A stretch of DNA of 64,000 bases from Candidatus Aminicenantes bacterium. GTDB lineage: Bacteria > Acidobacteriota > Aminicenantia > Aminicenantales > CALLJL01. Positions 8,832 to 17,611 of this stretch are shown here, one piece after another (the first letter of the stretch is position 1; every line of letters starts with the position of its first letter). Made by a program: the position numbers and the translations under genes. The stretch is from assembly GCA_026416195.1 (NCBI GenBank), contig JAOAFQ010000098.1:7931-71930 (forward strand), given 5' to 3'. The notes under the pieces are model-generated. The model did no database searches and had not been told where the DNA came from. It saw only the letters and a list, made by a program, of their open reading frames with translations.

Positions 8832-10247
8832 TCAGCTTTCTTGTTTTTCTGATTTGGCTTCAGGCGTCAGCTTATCACGAAGCCATTGTTGGAAGTCAAC
8901 CCCAGTAAGAGATTTTACCACTTCAGGCATTTGAGCTAGAATCTCAGCTACTTGAGCTGTAAGTCGGCTGGCTCCAATTCCTTTATCACTGCCGACAATA
9001 ATTATCTTCTCGATCTTCGAGAGAGGCTCAGCTACAGCTCGCGCGAGCTCAGGCAGCGTCTTAAAATACATTTCAAGTAGCGCGGCTTGATTGAGCCTTT
9101 CCCACGCTTTCGCCCGTTGAAGCATGGCCTCAGCTTCGGCCATTCCCTTAAGCCTTATTGTCTCAGCTTCAACTTGACCTTCTAGACGAAGAGCCTCGGT
9201 CTTGCCTTTAGCCTCCGCTTGAATTCGATATTCCTCAGCCTCAGCTTCGGCCATAATCTGATATTTACGAGCGTCGGCGGGCTTAATAACGCTGGCCTCT
9301 AATTCTTTTTGTCGTCTCATTATTTCAAGTTCTTCAATCTTAATCGCTTCTTGCTTCTCAATTTGCTTAACTTTGGCCTCTTCTCTTTTAATTTCTTGAG
9401 TGAGTTTATGGCGCTCCAATTCATAAGCAAAATCAGCCTGAGCCTTTTTCTGATTGACCATAACTTGGCTTTCAGCCCTCTTAGCTTCATTTTCCCATTG
9501 AGCTTTCGCAATCATGGCTTCAGCGGCCAGACGAGCAATTTCCCCTTCTTTTCGAGCTTCGGATGACTTGATGATAGCTTCCTTTTCCGTTTCAGCTTGG
9601 GCAATAGCTGCATCGCGCCGAGCCGCCGCAATCTGAGGTCGACTTAAAGCTTCGAGGTAGCCTTGGGGGTCGCTGATATCTTTAAGAGAAAAGGAGATCA
9701 TGACAAGGCCCATGCGACTGAAATCTTCTTTGATTGCTTCTCTGACTCGATTGGCAAATTCTTGACGGCCCCGATAAATTTCTTCCACCGTCATTCGACC
9801 GATTACTTCTCGCATTTTGCCTTCAAGAACAGTAGCCGCCACGTCGCGAATTCCTTCTCGCCCTTGGCCAAGAAATTGTTCAGCTGCTAACCTAATAGCC
9901 TCATCGCTGGTATCGATTCTTACTTGGGCCGTAGCTTCAGCCATAATTGGTACCCCATTATAAGTTAAGACTTCAGGAGTTTTAAGGTTCAAAGTAATCA
10001 CATCTACGGGCAGGGTATAAACACTTTCAATAAAGGGGATTACGAAGGTGCCGCCTCCAAGGCGATAGCGATAGCCTATTTTTAGGCGCCGACCATCAGG
10101 AAGAACGATGGTTCTTTTGCGTCCACCAGCCACAATTAAAATTTCATTTGGTCCGACTTTGCGGTATTGTTTTGCTAAAACTAGAATAATGAGGGCGACT
10201 AAGACAATAATTATTGCGGTTGGTATTATCCAAGATAAAGGCGTCAT
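8832..10247 (-). CDS. Flotillin (SPFH/band-7 family, FloT/YqiK-like)
   Basis: N-terminal TM helix, SPFH domain, long EA-rich coiled coil (AEAEAEE...). Start set at the ATG preceded by an AAGGAGG RBS (complement at 10254-10260). The track ORF extends 18 codons further upstream. Confidence 0.85.
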   Translation of the reverse strand: MTPLSWIIPTAIIIVLVALIILVLAKQYRKVGPNEILIVAGGRKRTIVLPDGRRLKIGYRYRLGGGTFVIPFIESVYTLPVDVITLNLKTPEVLTYNGVPIMAEATAQVRIDTSDEAIRLAAEQFLGQGREGIRDVAATVLEGKMREVIGRMTVEEIYRGRQEFANRVREAIKEDFSRMGLVMISFSLKDISDPQGYLEALSRPQIAAARRDAAIAQAETEKEAIIKSSEARKEGEIARLAAEAMIAKAQWENEAKRAESQVMVNQKKAQADFAYELERHKLTQEIKREEAKVKQIEKQEAIKIEELEIMRRQKELEASVIKPADARKYQIMAEAEAEEYRIQAEAKGKTEALRLEGQVEAETIRLKGMAEAEAMLQRAKAWERLNQAALLEMYFKTLPELARAVAEPLSKIEKIIIVGSDKGIGASRLTAQVAEILAQMPEVVKSLTGVDFQQWLRDKLTPEAKSEKQES

Positions 10248-10469
10248 CTCTAACCTCCTTCTGGCCATTCCTCTGGCCAGAAAAACTTCTCCCCTGGGCA
10301 AGGCCCTTAAGGGGAAATAAGATGGATTATAAAATGTTATTCTTACCCATAAACAAAGTCAAGAAAGTTGCCTATGGCCAAACCACTATCAAAACCTATG
10401 AAGTAAAATTGATTATAAAGTTTTTTCAATTCAAGTAAAGAAAGCAGACATATTGATTTTACCTAGAGA

Positions 10470-11138
10470 TCAGAAGCGAGGATTAAATTTATAAGGTGAA
10501 AGAAAATAACCGAAGAGATTAAAGGCTGATAAAAGAAATAAAGCCCAGGCCATAACGGTATAAATGACTTCAAAAGTCTTTGGTTTCATTACCTGCTGCA
10601 GTTTATGGCCAATCCAAGCGACTATCATATAATAAATAAGGCTACCGAGGCCGCAGGCCAAACCGAAAAAAAACGGCTTTATTCCGTGGTGGCTAATAAG
10701 TCCATGGGAAGTAACGATGGTGGCCACCGTTAGCCAAAATACGGGCAGAGTTGGACTCGAAATATACATGATAAAAGTGAAGAAAATAGGATGGCTTACT
10801 TTTTTATTTTTTTCTATCTCATTATTATTCTCCGGCAGGCCTAGACCAAGAACTCGATGAGTTCGAGCCAGATGCAAAAGATGGATACCAGCGACTACGA
10901 TAGCAGCGCTCCCAGCCAATCGAAGAATGAAAGACCAGCGGTCAAGGAAAGAAAGGAGAAGTGAAGTAAAGACAATGGCCAGATAACAATAGAGCGTATC
11001 AAGAATAGCTACTGTCAAACGAATTGAAACACTTTTCCAAAAGCCAAAACGAAGAGCCTGAGAAAGAGAATAAATATTGATTGGTCCCGGCGGAAGGGAT
11101 GCCATAAAGCCAATTACCAGCCCAATTAAAATAAACAT
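10470..11138 (-). CDS. LysE/RhtB family amino-acid exporter
   Basis: Six hydrophobic segments and an N-terminal SLPPGPINI motif typical of the LysE/RhtB family. Confidence 0.55.
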   Translation of the reverse strand: MFILIGLVIGFMASLPPGPINIYSLSQALRFGFWKSVSIRLTVAILDTLYCYLAIVFTSLLLSFLDRWSFILRLAGSAAIVVAGIHLLHLARTHRVLGLGLPENNNEIEKNKKVSHPIFFTFIMYISSPTLPVFWLTVATIVTSHGLISHHGIKPFFFGLACGLGSLIYYMIVAWIGHKLQQVMKPKTFEVIYTVMAWALFLLSAFNLFGYFLSPYKFNPRF

Positions 11139-11308
11139 AATCTAGTCATCTCTCTTATTCTCTTTTTTAACTGTCTTCTTTTTTTAAATGTCTTTAATTT
11201 TAATTTCCGCCTGATTATTCCTTTTTCAGACTTTTTCAAGATTTAAATAAGATATTTTTATTTTTTTTATTTATTCATATCAAATTGAAATTACTTAAGC
11301 AATTTTGC

Positions 11309-12016
11309 TTAATCAAAAAAGCGAAAGCGAAGGATATGGAAAATGGCGGCAAGACCATCTTTCCAAGTAATTTTTTTGCCTTCGCGGTAATCTCGGCCGG
11401 AATAAGAAATTGGCACTTCATAGACGCGACAGCGGAGTTTACCTACTTTAATGGTGATTTCAGGCTCAAAACCGAAGCGGTTAGCTTTGAGGCGAATTTT
11501 CTCCAGAATTTCTCGGCGAAAAACTTTATAGCAGGTTTCCATATCGGTTAGATTAAGATTAGCGCAGAGATTACAGAGAGTAGTTAAAAATTTATTCCCC
11601 ACATAGTGCCAAAAGAGGAGAACTCGATGAGGTCCGCCTAAGAAACGGCTGCCGTAAACGACATCAGCTCGGCCATCAAGGATGGGCTCAAGCAGGCGGG
11701 GATACTCACGGGGGTCATATTCTAGATCAGCATCCTGAATTAGAATAATCTCTCCTGTAGCCTGGGAAAAACCGGTCCTGAGAGCCGCTCCTTTGCCCCG
11801 ATTTTTTTCATGAAAAAGGACTTTAATCCCCTGATCAGCCATTTTTTTTAAAATTTCTCGAGTCCCATCAGTTGAACCGTCATCCACGACAATAATTTCT
11901 TTTTCTAACCCAACTTCAACCTTTTTAACCCTCTCAATTATTTCTGCGATCGTTTTTTCCTCATTATAGGCCGGAATGATAATGGATAACTTTTTAAATG
12001 AATTAACTTCCCTCAA
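11309..12016 (-). CDS. GT2 family glycosyltransferase (polyprenyl-phosphate sugar synthase/ArnC/DPM1-like, soluble catalytic domain)
   Basis: LSIIIPAYNEE, IIVVDDGSTDGT and QDADLEYDP motifs. Confidence 0.8.
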   Translation of the reverse strand: MREVNSFKKLSIIIPAYNEEKTIAEIIERVKKVEVGLEKEIIVVDDGSTDGTREILKKMADQGIKVLFHEKNRGKGAALRTGFSQATGEIILIQDADLEYDPREYPRLLEPILDGRADVVYGSRFLGGPHRVLLFWHYVGNKFLTTLCNLCANLNLTDMETCYKVFRREILEKIRLKANRFGFEPEITIKVGKLRCRVYEVPISYSGRDYREGKKITWKDGLAAIFHILRFRFFD

Positions 12017-12117
12017 GTGATGGCTCTCCTTTTTTCTTTTCTCTTCCTTCTCGGGTTTATATTTAAACCAGCGAATTGGAACTTGGCTTTCAATTTAAAG
12101 CTAAATTATTGAAAAAA

Positions 12118-13056
12118 CTAGATAAGCCCCATGGTCTTTTTGAAATAATCAATGGTTAAAGCCAGCCCTTCTTCCAAGCTGACCTTTGGCTCCCAACCTA
12201 GAAGGCTTTTTGCGAGAGTGATATCAGGGCAACGTCTTCCCGGATCATCAGGGGGGAGGGGCTTATAGCTCAGACGCGATCGGCTCTTAGTTAACTTTAG
12301 GACAAGTTCAGCAAGTTCGATTATCGGTGTCTCCACAGGGTTGCCGAGATTAATTGGGCCAGTTATCTTTTCGGTGGTCATCATTTTGATTAAGCCTTCA
12401 ATCATATCAGAGACATAGCAGAATGAGCGAGTCTGTTGGCCATTGCCATAAATCGTTAAATCTTCGCCTCGAAGTGCTTGAACGATAAAATTACTCACGA
12501 CTCGGCCATCGTTAATCGCCATTCTCGGTCCATAAGTGTTAAAAATTCTGACAATCCGTATATCAACCTTATTTTGGCGATGATAATCCATCATTAAGGT
12601 TTCGGCTACCCTTTTGCCTTCATCATAGCAACTGCGGACACCAATCGGATTAACGTTTCCCCAATAGCTTTCAGGTTGGGGATGAACCTGAGCATCGCCA
12701 TAGACTTCAGAGGAAGAAGCAAGCAGGATTCTGGCCTTAGTTCTTTTAGCCAAACCAAGCATATTAATTGTTCCCATAACATTAGTTTTAACGGTTTTAA
12801 TGGCATTAACTTGATAGTGAATAGGTGAGGCTGGACATGCCAAGTGATAAATTTCATCGACTTCAACAAAGAAGGGATGAATTATGTCATGTCTAATCAG
12901 TTCAAAATAGGGATGATTAAAGAGATGGCGGATGTTATCCTTGGAGCCGGAAAAAAAATTATCTAGGCAGATAACATCGGCCTTTTCTTCAAGGAGACGA
13001 TCACAGAGGTGGCTGCCCAGAAAACCTGCTCCACCAGTTACCAGAATTCGTTTCAT
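12118..13056 (-). CDS. UDP-glucuronate decarboxylase (UDP-xylose synthase/ArnA C-domain-like SDR)
   Basis: [18 protein letters not shown] Rossmann motif, YxxxK context. The sequence matches the UXS1/ArnA-decarboxylase family throughout (312 aa). Confidence 0.75.
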   Translation of the reverse strand: MKRILVTGGAGFLGSHLCDRLLEEKADVICLDNFFSGSKDNIRHLFNHPYFELIRHDIIHPFFVEVDEIYHLACPASPIHYQVNAIKTVKTNVMGTINMLGLAKRTKARILLASSSEVYGDAQVHPQPESYWGNVNPIGVRSCYDEGKRVAETLMMDYHRQNKVDIRIVRIFNTYGPRMAINDGRVVSNFIVQALRGEDLTIYGNGQQTRSFCYVSDMIEGLIKMMTTEKITGPINLGNPVETPIIELAELVLKLTKSRSRLSYKPLPPDDPGRRCPDITLAKSLLGWEPKVSLEEGLALTIDYFKKTMGLI

Positions 13057-13175
13057 TTATTACTCCTACTAGATATCAATTTTTTTAGTAATGTCATTAA
13101 ATGATGGTTAAATTATTATCAGTTTATAAACTTCTAAGCAAAAAGATTTTAATGAATAAGGAATAATAAATGTAG

Positions 13176-14000
13176 TCATTTCTTAATCTTTTTATCTAAG
13201 ATATGAAAAAAGGGGCTTTTCTTTTTTAAAACGGTCCTCTGAATCTCAAAAATTGATTGCAATCCCTCATGAGCCAAACGGAGCATCGCCGCTAATTCTT
13301 TCCGAGTGAAAGACCTCCTTTCTCCAGTCGCTTGAATTTCCACTAGTTGGCCACTGTCAGTTTCAACGATATTCATATCGACTTCAGCCTGACTATCCTC
13401 ATGGTAATCGAGATCAAGATAGAGCTGGCCATTAATGAGACCAACACTTATTCCGGCGACGAGGTTAGTTAAAGGAAATTGGCTGACTTTATTTTCATCG
13501 ACTAGCTTTTTTAAGGCTAGAGCCAAAGCCACACAGCCAGCGGTGATTGAAGCTGTTCTTGTTCCCCCATCAGCTTGGATGACATCGCAGTCAAGAAGAA
13601 TCTGTCGCTCACCTAGAGCCTTGAGATCAACCGCGGCCCGCAAAGCCCGACCGATAAGACGCTGGATTTCCTGGGATCGACCTGAAATTCTTCCTTGGGT
13701 TCTTTCCCGGGGTGTCCGGATTTCAGTAGAACAGGGAAGCATAGCGTATTCGGCGGTCACCCAGCCTGAGCCTGTGCCTTTAAGAAAAGGGGGAACTTTT
13801 TCCTCAATCGAGGCGGCAACCAGAACTTTGGTCCGTCCCATTTCAATTAAGGCTGAGCCTGATGCGAAATCGAGGTAGTTAACAAATATTTTTATGGGTC
13901 TAAGGTCACAGCTCAAGCGACCATCTGAACGTAAATTCGGCTGATTCAATTTATCTCCTTTAATTTTTCTGTCGTTTTTATTTTCCATTCCTTCTTTCAA
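13176..14000 (-). CDS. rph: Ribonuclease PH
   Basis: TKVLVAASIEEKVPPFLKGTGSGWVTAEYAMLP and CDVIQADGGTRTASITAGCVALA match RNase PH along the whole length. The start overlaps the upstream stop. Confidence 0.9.
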   Translation of the reverse strand: MKEGMENKNDRKIKGDKLNQPNLRSDGRLSCDLRPIKIFVNYLDFASGSALIEMGRTKVLVAASIEEKVPPFLKGTGSGWVTAEYAMLPCSTEIRTPRERTQGRISGRSQEIQRLIGRALRAAVDLKALGERQILLDCDVIQADGGTRTASITAGCVALALALKKLVDENKVSQFPLTNLVAGISVGLINGQLYLDLDYHEDSQAEVDMNIVETDSGQLVEIQATGERRSFTRKELAAMLRLAHEGLQSIFEIQRTVLKKKSPFFHILDKKIKK

Positions 14001-14905
14001 TCTTCAACCCTCAAAAGATTTTCGTTCTCTGGTCTGGTTCGCCAACGATCATGAAACCAGAGCCATTGATCCGGAGTTTGCCTAATTTCTTGTTCAATTA
14101 TCTTAGTTAAAACTTGGGTTATTTGCAATAAAGGCTCGGGCTCAGAAAGCGAGTCGAAGACAAAAGACAGGGGTTCATAAATTTTAATTTGATATTTTCG
14201 CTCTTGAGTCATAAGGCAAAAAACGGGCACGATGGGTGCTCCGGTTCTTAAATGAAAAGCCGCCACGACTGGAGTCGTGGCGGCCAGATGACCAAAAAAA
14301 TCAACAAAAACGGCTTCTCGGCGAAGGACATTTTGGTCAATTAGAATAGCCACTGCTTCATTGGCCTGAAGAGCTCGAAGAATAGGGCGGGCCGCTTGAA
14401 ATTTGGAGATTACTTTGACCCCAAGTTTTTGTCTTAAACGGACCAGTTCTTTTTCTAGGACTAGATTGTCTAAAGGTCTGGCCACAACATGAAGGGGAAC
14501 TAAAGAGGCGACAGGCCATGAAGCTATTTCCCAATTGCCTAGATGAGCTGAGAAAAGGAGAATTCCTCGACCTAAAGCCTTGGCCTTTTCAAGGTTCTCC
14601 TTTCCAATGAGGTGGAGAAGAGAAGTTCTCTTATCCTCTCGAAGTTGAGTAAATTTGATCGTATCAAAAATCATTTGACCAAAATGGACAAAGGCAGATC
14701 GAGCAATCCTTTTTTTTTCTTTCTCTTCCAGCTCGCCGCCGAAGGCTAATTCGAGGTTACGCCAGGCGAGGCGCCGATGAGATTTAAATATTAAATAACC
14801 TAAAAGTCCTAAAAATTTTCCTTTTGAAAGAACGAGCCGACGAGGTAAAAAGCGGATGAGGCCAGTAGTTAACCGATAAAGGCCAAGCAAACAATAATTC
14901 TTCAT
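13997..14905 (-). CDS. lpxL: Lipid A biosynthesis late (lauroyl/myristoyl) acyltransferase, LpxL/HtrB family
   Basis: LAWRNLELAFGG motif and HLGNWE (HX4D-type) motif of the LpxL/LpxM family, 302 aa. Confidence 0.7.
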   Translation of the reverse strand: MKNYCLLGLYRLTTGLIRFLPRRLVLSKGKFLGLLGYLIFKSHRRLAWRNLELAFGGELEEKEKKRIARSAFVHFGQMIFDTIKFTQLREDKRTSLLHLIGKENLEKAKALGRGILLFSAHLGNWEIASWPVASLVPLHVVARPLDNLVLEKELVRLRQKLGVKVISKFQAARPILRALQANEAVAILIDQNVLRREAVFVDFFGHLAATTPVVAAFHLRTGAPIVPVFCLMTQERKYQIKIYEPLSFVFDSLSEPEPLLQITQVLTKIIEQEIRQTPDQWLWFHDRWRTRPENENLLRVED

Positions 14906-14930
14906 CTCAAGTTATCGCTGCTTTTATCTT

Positions 14931-15983
14931 TCATTTAGCTTGGTCTTTTAATTTATTTTTAAAGTGGCAGCTTTTTTCAAGAAAATTAAATAAAGCGTGG
15001 ATAAAACCGGATTCTGGCACAAAATTTACCTTTAAAATGGCCAAGGGCATTTCTTTTAAAAACCAATTTTGATCGAATATTTTGACTGCATCTTTTTCGG
15101 TCGTTATCAGCCAGTCGGCTTGGCTTTTCTTAAAACAGTTAAGGACCTTTCTTAAAGCTGACTCCGGATAGGGATAATGATCGGGAAAGACCAAAAAATT
15201 TTCAATAGAAGCCCCTAGTTCTTTCAAAGTTGTTCGGAAATTATTAGGTCGGGCCAGGCCACAAAAAGCCACAATTCTTTTCCCCCTAACTTCTTCGGCT
15301 GACAATTCTTTTTGGTTTAAAGGGAAATATAGTGAGGCGGGATGGAGCTTATAGACAAAGATTGAAGATTCTTTTTGGGCTGAAGTTATCGCTTGATGAA
15401 CCGCCTTTGGCAGCTCTTCCTTTTTCCCTTGAATAAGAATAAAATTAGCTCTTTTTAAAGCTGACCAACTCTCCCGCTGAGCTTGGTCTTCAGGACTGAG
15501 AAGAACAATATCTAGGTGGCGCTCAAGGGAACGATGCTGAAAGGCATCATCAAGCACCGCTATCTGGCATCCAAGATGAAAGCCTGCAAGACAAGAAGCA
15601 AAACGATTTCGGCCAACAATGACTGGCACTTCAGGCAATCGCCTGGCCACCATGTAGGGTTCATCTCCCGCCTCTTTCCAGTTTGCCAGGATTTGTCGAC
15701 CATTAGAAACAATTCCCCCCCTTTTTTCCCAAAGGCCCCGATAGCCGCGGCTAATAAAACAGGGTCGCCAGCCTTTCTCCTGGAGAATGGCCAGCAGAAA
15801 GAGAGCACAAGGGGTTTTTCCTGTGCCTCCAAAAGCAAGGTTACCGATACTGATTGTTAATATGGGCGGGCTCTTTATTCTTTTAAGGCCAACATCATAA
15901 AGTTTATTTCGTGTCCAGGAGGCGGAACGTACGGCCCATGAAGCTAGAGTAATTAAAAAAGAAGGAATCATTTTAAAAGGCAC
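14931..15983 (-). CDS. lpxK: Tetraacyldisaccharide 4'-kinase
   Basis: ISIGNLAFGGTGKTP P-loop typical of LpxK, N-terminal membrane anchor. Confidence 0.8.
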   Translation of the reverse strand: MPFKMIPSFLITLASWAVRSASWTRNKLYDVGLKRIKSPPILTISIGNLAFGGTGKTPCALFLLAILQEKGWRPCFISRGYRGLWEKRGGIVSNGRQILANWKEAGDEPYMVARRLPEVPVIVGRNRFASCLAGFHLGCQIAVLDDAFQHRSLERHLDIVLLSPEDQAQRESWSALKRANFILIQGKKEELPKAVHQAITSAQKESSIFVYKLHPASLYFPLNQKELSAEEVRGKRIVAFCGLARPNNFRTTLKELGASIENFLVFPDHYPYPESALRKVLNCFKKSQADWLITTEKDAVKIFDQNWFLKEMPLAILKVNFVPESGFIHALFNFLEKSCHFKNKLKDQAK

Positions 15984-16044
15984 TATAGCTTATTCAGGAA
16001 ACTGAATCAACTCGGCCGTTTGGGACCATTTTGTCTTAGATAGC

Positions 16045-16073
16045 TTTACAAAAAAATTAGGCTTGTTTATAAT
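16045..16073 (+). promoter_or_regulatory. Sigma-70-type promoter candidate (TTTACA-N17-TATAAT) for the downstream lipoprotein gene
   Basis: tttaca at 16045-16050, 17-nt spacer, perfect tataat at 16068-16073. It lies about 37 nt upstream of the GTG start and RBS. Confidence 0.4.
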
Positions 16074-16109
16074 TTTGACGTTTTTAAATAGAGAAGCAGG
16101 AGGTTGGCT

Positions 16110-16973
16110 GTGAAAAGATGGTTTTCAATTCTTATGATAATCGTCCTTATCGCTATCGTCGGTTCATGCCAGAAGAAAATGCAAGTCAAGGGGCTTGAAT
16201 TAACAGTCTCTTTTGCGGAGAAGACTTTGACAGATAATCTCCTGACTGATGTGCAGTACCGCTGGAAAACCGGTCAAGATTTTGTTCGTTTTGATCGGGA
16301 TTTAAACGTTTATGTCCATTTCTGGCATAAGAACAATCTGCTTTTCCAAGATGATCATATGCCTACTGTTCCCACTTCAAGCTGGGAACCCGGAAAAGAA
16401 TATACCTATGTCCGACGAATCTATATTCCTAAATTCATTGATGAATTCGACCCTGAGTTTAAAGGAGAAGAAACTCTCAAATTAGTTGTTGGCCTTTATT
16501 CTCCTTTTGACCGCACCGGCAAAAGCAAAAGCGAGATTCTTACTAAGAATCTAAAAGTTCTTCCTCCTCCACCTGATACGCCTGAAATTATTTATGAAAA
16601 TGGCTGGTATGATCTTGAAATTGATCCTAACGCCTTTTTAAGACAATGGCGCTGGACAGCCAAGGAAGCGGTTTGTGTTATTGATAACCCGCATCGTGAG
16701 GCCACTTTGGTGATTAGGGGAGGAGTCAATCTTGAGGCTGTTCCAGGCCAAAAAGTTATTTTTAAGATTAACGATACCGTTTTAGATGAGTTTGTTCCCC
16801 AGGAAAGCTCTTTTGAAAAAACTTACAAAATTACCAAAGAGATGCTCGGCGATAAGGATGAATTCCGTCTGATTGTCACCACCGATAAAACTTTTATCCC
16901 GGCCAAAACTCTTCCCGGTTCCAAGGACGAACGAGAATTGGGAGTCCAAATTTCCTTTATTTACTTTCGCTAA
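16110..16973 (+). CDS. Hypothetical lipoprotein
   Basis: Signal peptide with lipobox (LIAIVGSC). GTG start with GGAGG 7 nt upstream; the track ORF begins at TTG 16104. No recognisable domain. Confidence 0.5.
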   Translation: MKRWFSILMIIVLIAIVGSCQKKMQVKGLELTVSFAEKTLTDNLLTDVQYRWKTGQDFVRFDRDLNVYVHFWHKNNLLFQDDHMPTVPTSSWEPGKEYTYVRRIYIPKFIDEFDPEFKGEETLKLVVGLYSPFDRTGKSKSEILTKNLKVLPPPPDTPEIIYENGWYDLEIDPNAFLRQWRWTAKEAVCVIDNPHREATLVIRGGVNLEAVPGQKVIFKINDTVLDEFVPQESSFEKTYKITKEMLGDKDEFRLIVTTDKTFIPAKTLPGSKDERELGVQISFIYFR

Positions 16974-16991
16974 AGGTTCAACAGGCTGGTT

Positions 16992-17585
16992 TCAGCGAAT
17001 CCAGATTGACGAAACGTTCGCTTTTTTGAGGGAAAGATATTTCTCTAATTCCTTCCTTAATTTTTCCTCTTCCTCCTGAGCTTTTTGTAATTTAAGGAAA
17101 GTTTCGGCAATAGCCTGCTGAATCTGATCTCTTGGCGTCATATCATCTAGGCTATAAAATTCTTGCCAGAGTGCATTAAGCTTGAGGGTCAAAAGCTCTA
17201 CATATTCTTGAGCCTTTTTATGGGCTTCCTCAAGGTATTTTACTTCACCGGCCCGGCTACCGATGTCAACAGATGAGGAGGGCTCACTAATAACAGAATG
17301 GTAAGTTGTCCCAGCAGAAAAGTCACTCGTTCCTCTTTCGGCTAAAGATTGTTCAAAACCGGCTGTGGCTTGACCTGATGTCTCGGTGGACGATTGGCCT
17401 GTTTCTAGAGCTGGACGGCGTTTTATTTTGGTGAGATCTTCATTGGTAACGACTCTTCCTTTTTTTTCCCCAAGGCTTTGCCGCCTTTCTTTTTCTTTTT
17501 TAGCTAACTCAGCCAGACTTTGAGCCGAAATTAGGCCGGCTAACAATAAAAAACTACTAATTAAGCAGAAGATTTTATTTTTCAT
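16992..17585 (-). CDS. Hypothetical secreted coiled-coil protein
   Basis: Signal peptide (MKNKIFCLISSFLLLAGLISAQS), Ser/Thr-rich linker, C-terminal coiled coil. Confidence 0.45.
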   Translation of the reverse strand: MKNKIFCLISSFLLLAGLISAQSLAELAKKEKERRQSLGEKKGRVVTNEDLTKIKRRPALETGQSSTETSGQATAGFEQSLAERGTSDFSAGTTYHSVISEPSSSVDIGSRAGEVKYLEEAHKKAQEYVELLTLKLNALWQEFYSLDDMTPRDQIQQAIAETFLKLQKAQEEEEKLRKELEKYLSLKKANVSSIWIR

Positions 17586-17611
17586 ATATCCCTAATATCC
17601 CTACTCCTAAT

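Noticed and set aside
11405-11430. Sigma-54 promoter search (TGGCAC-N5-TTGC) prompted by the presence of rpoN. Candidates near 11413, 29990 and 42841.
   Set aside because: None has the -12 GC element at the correct spacing, and all lie inside coding sequence.
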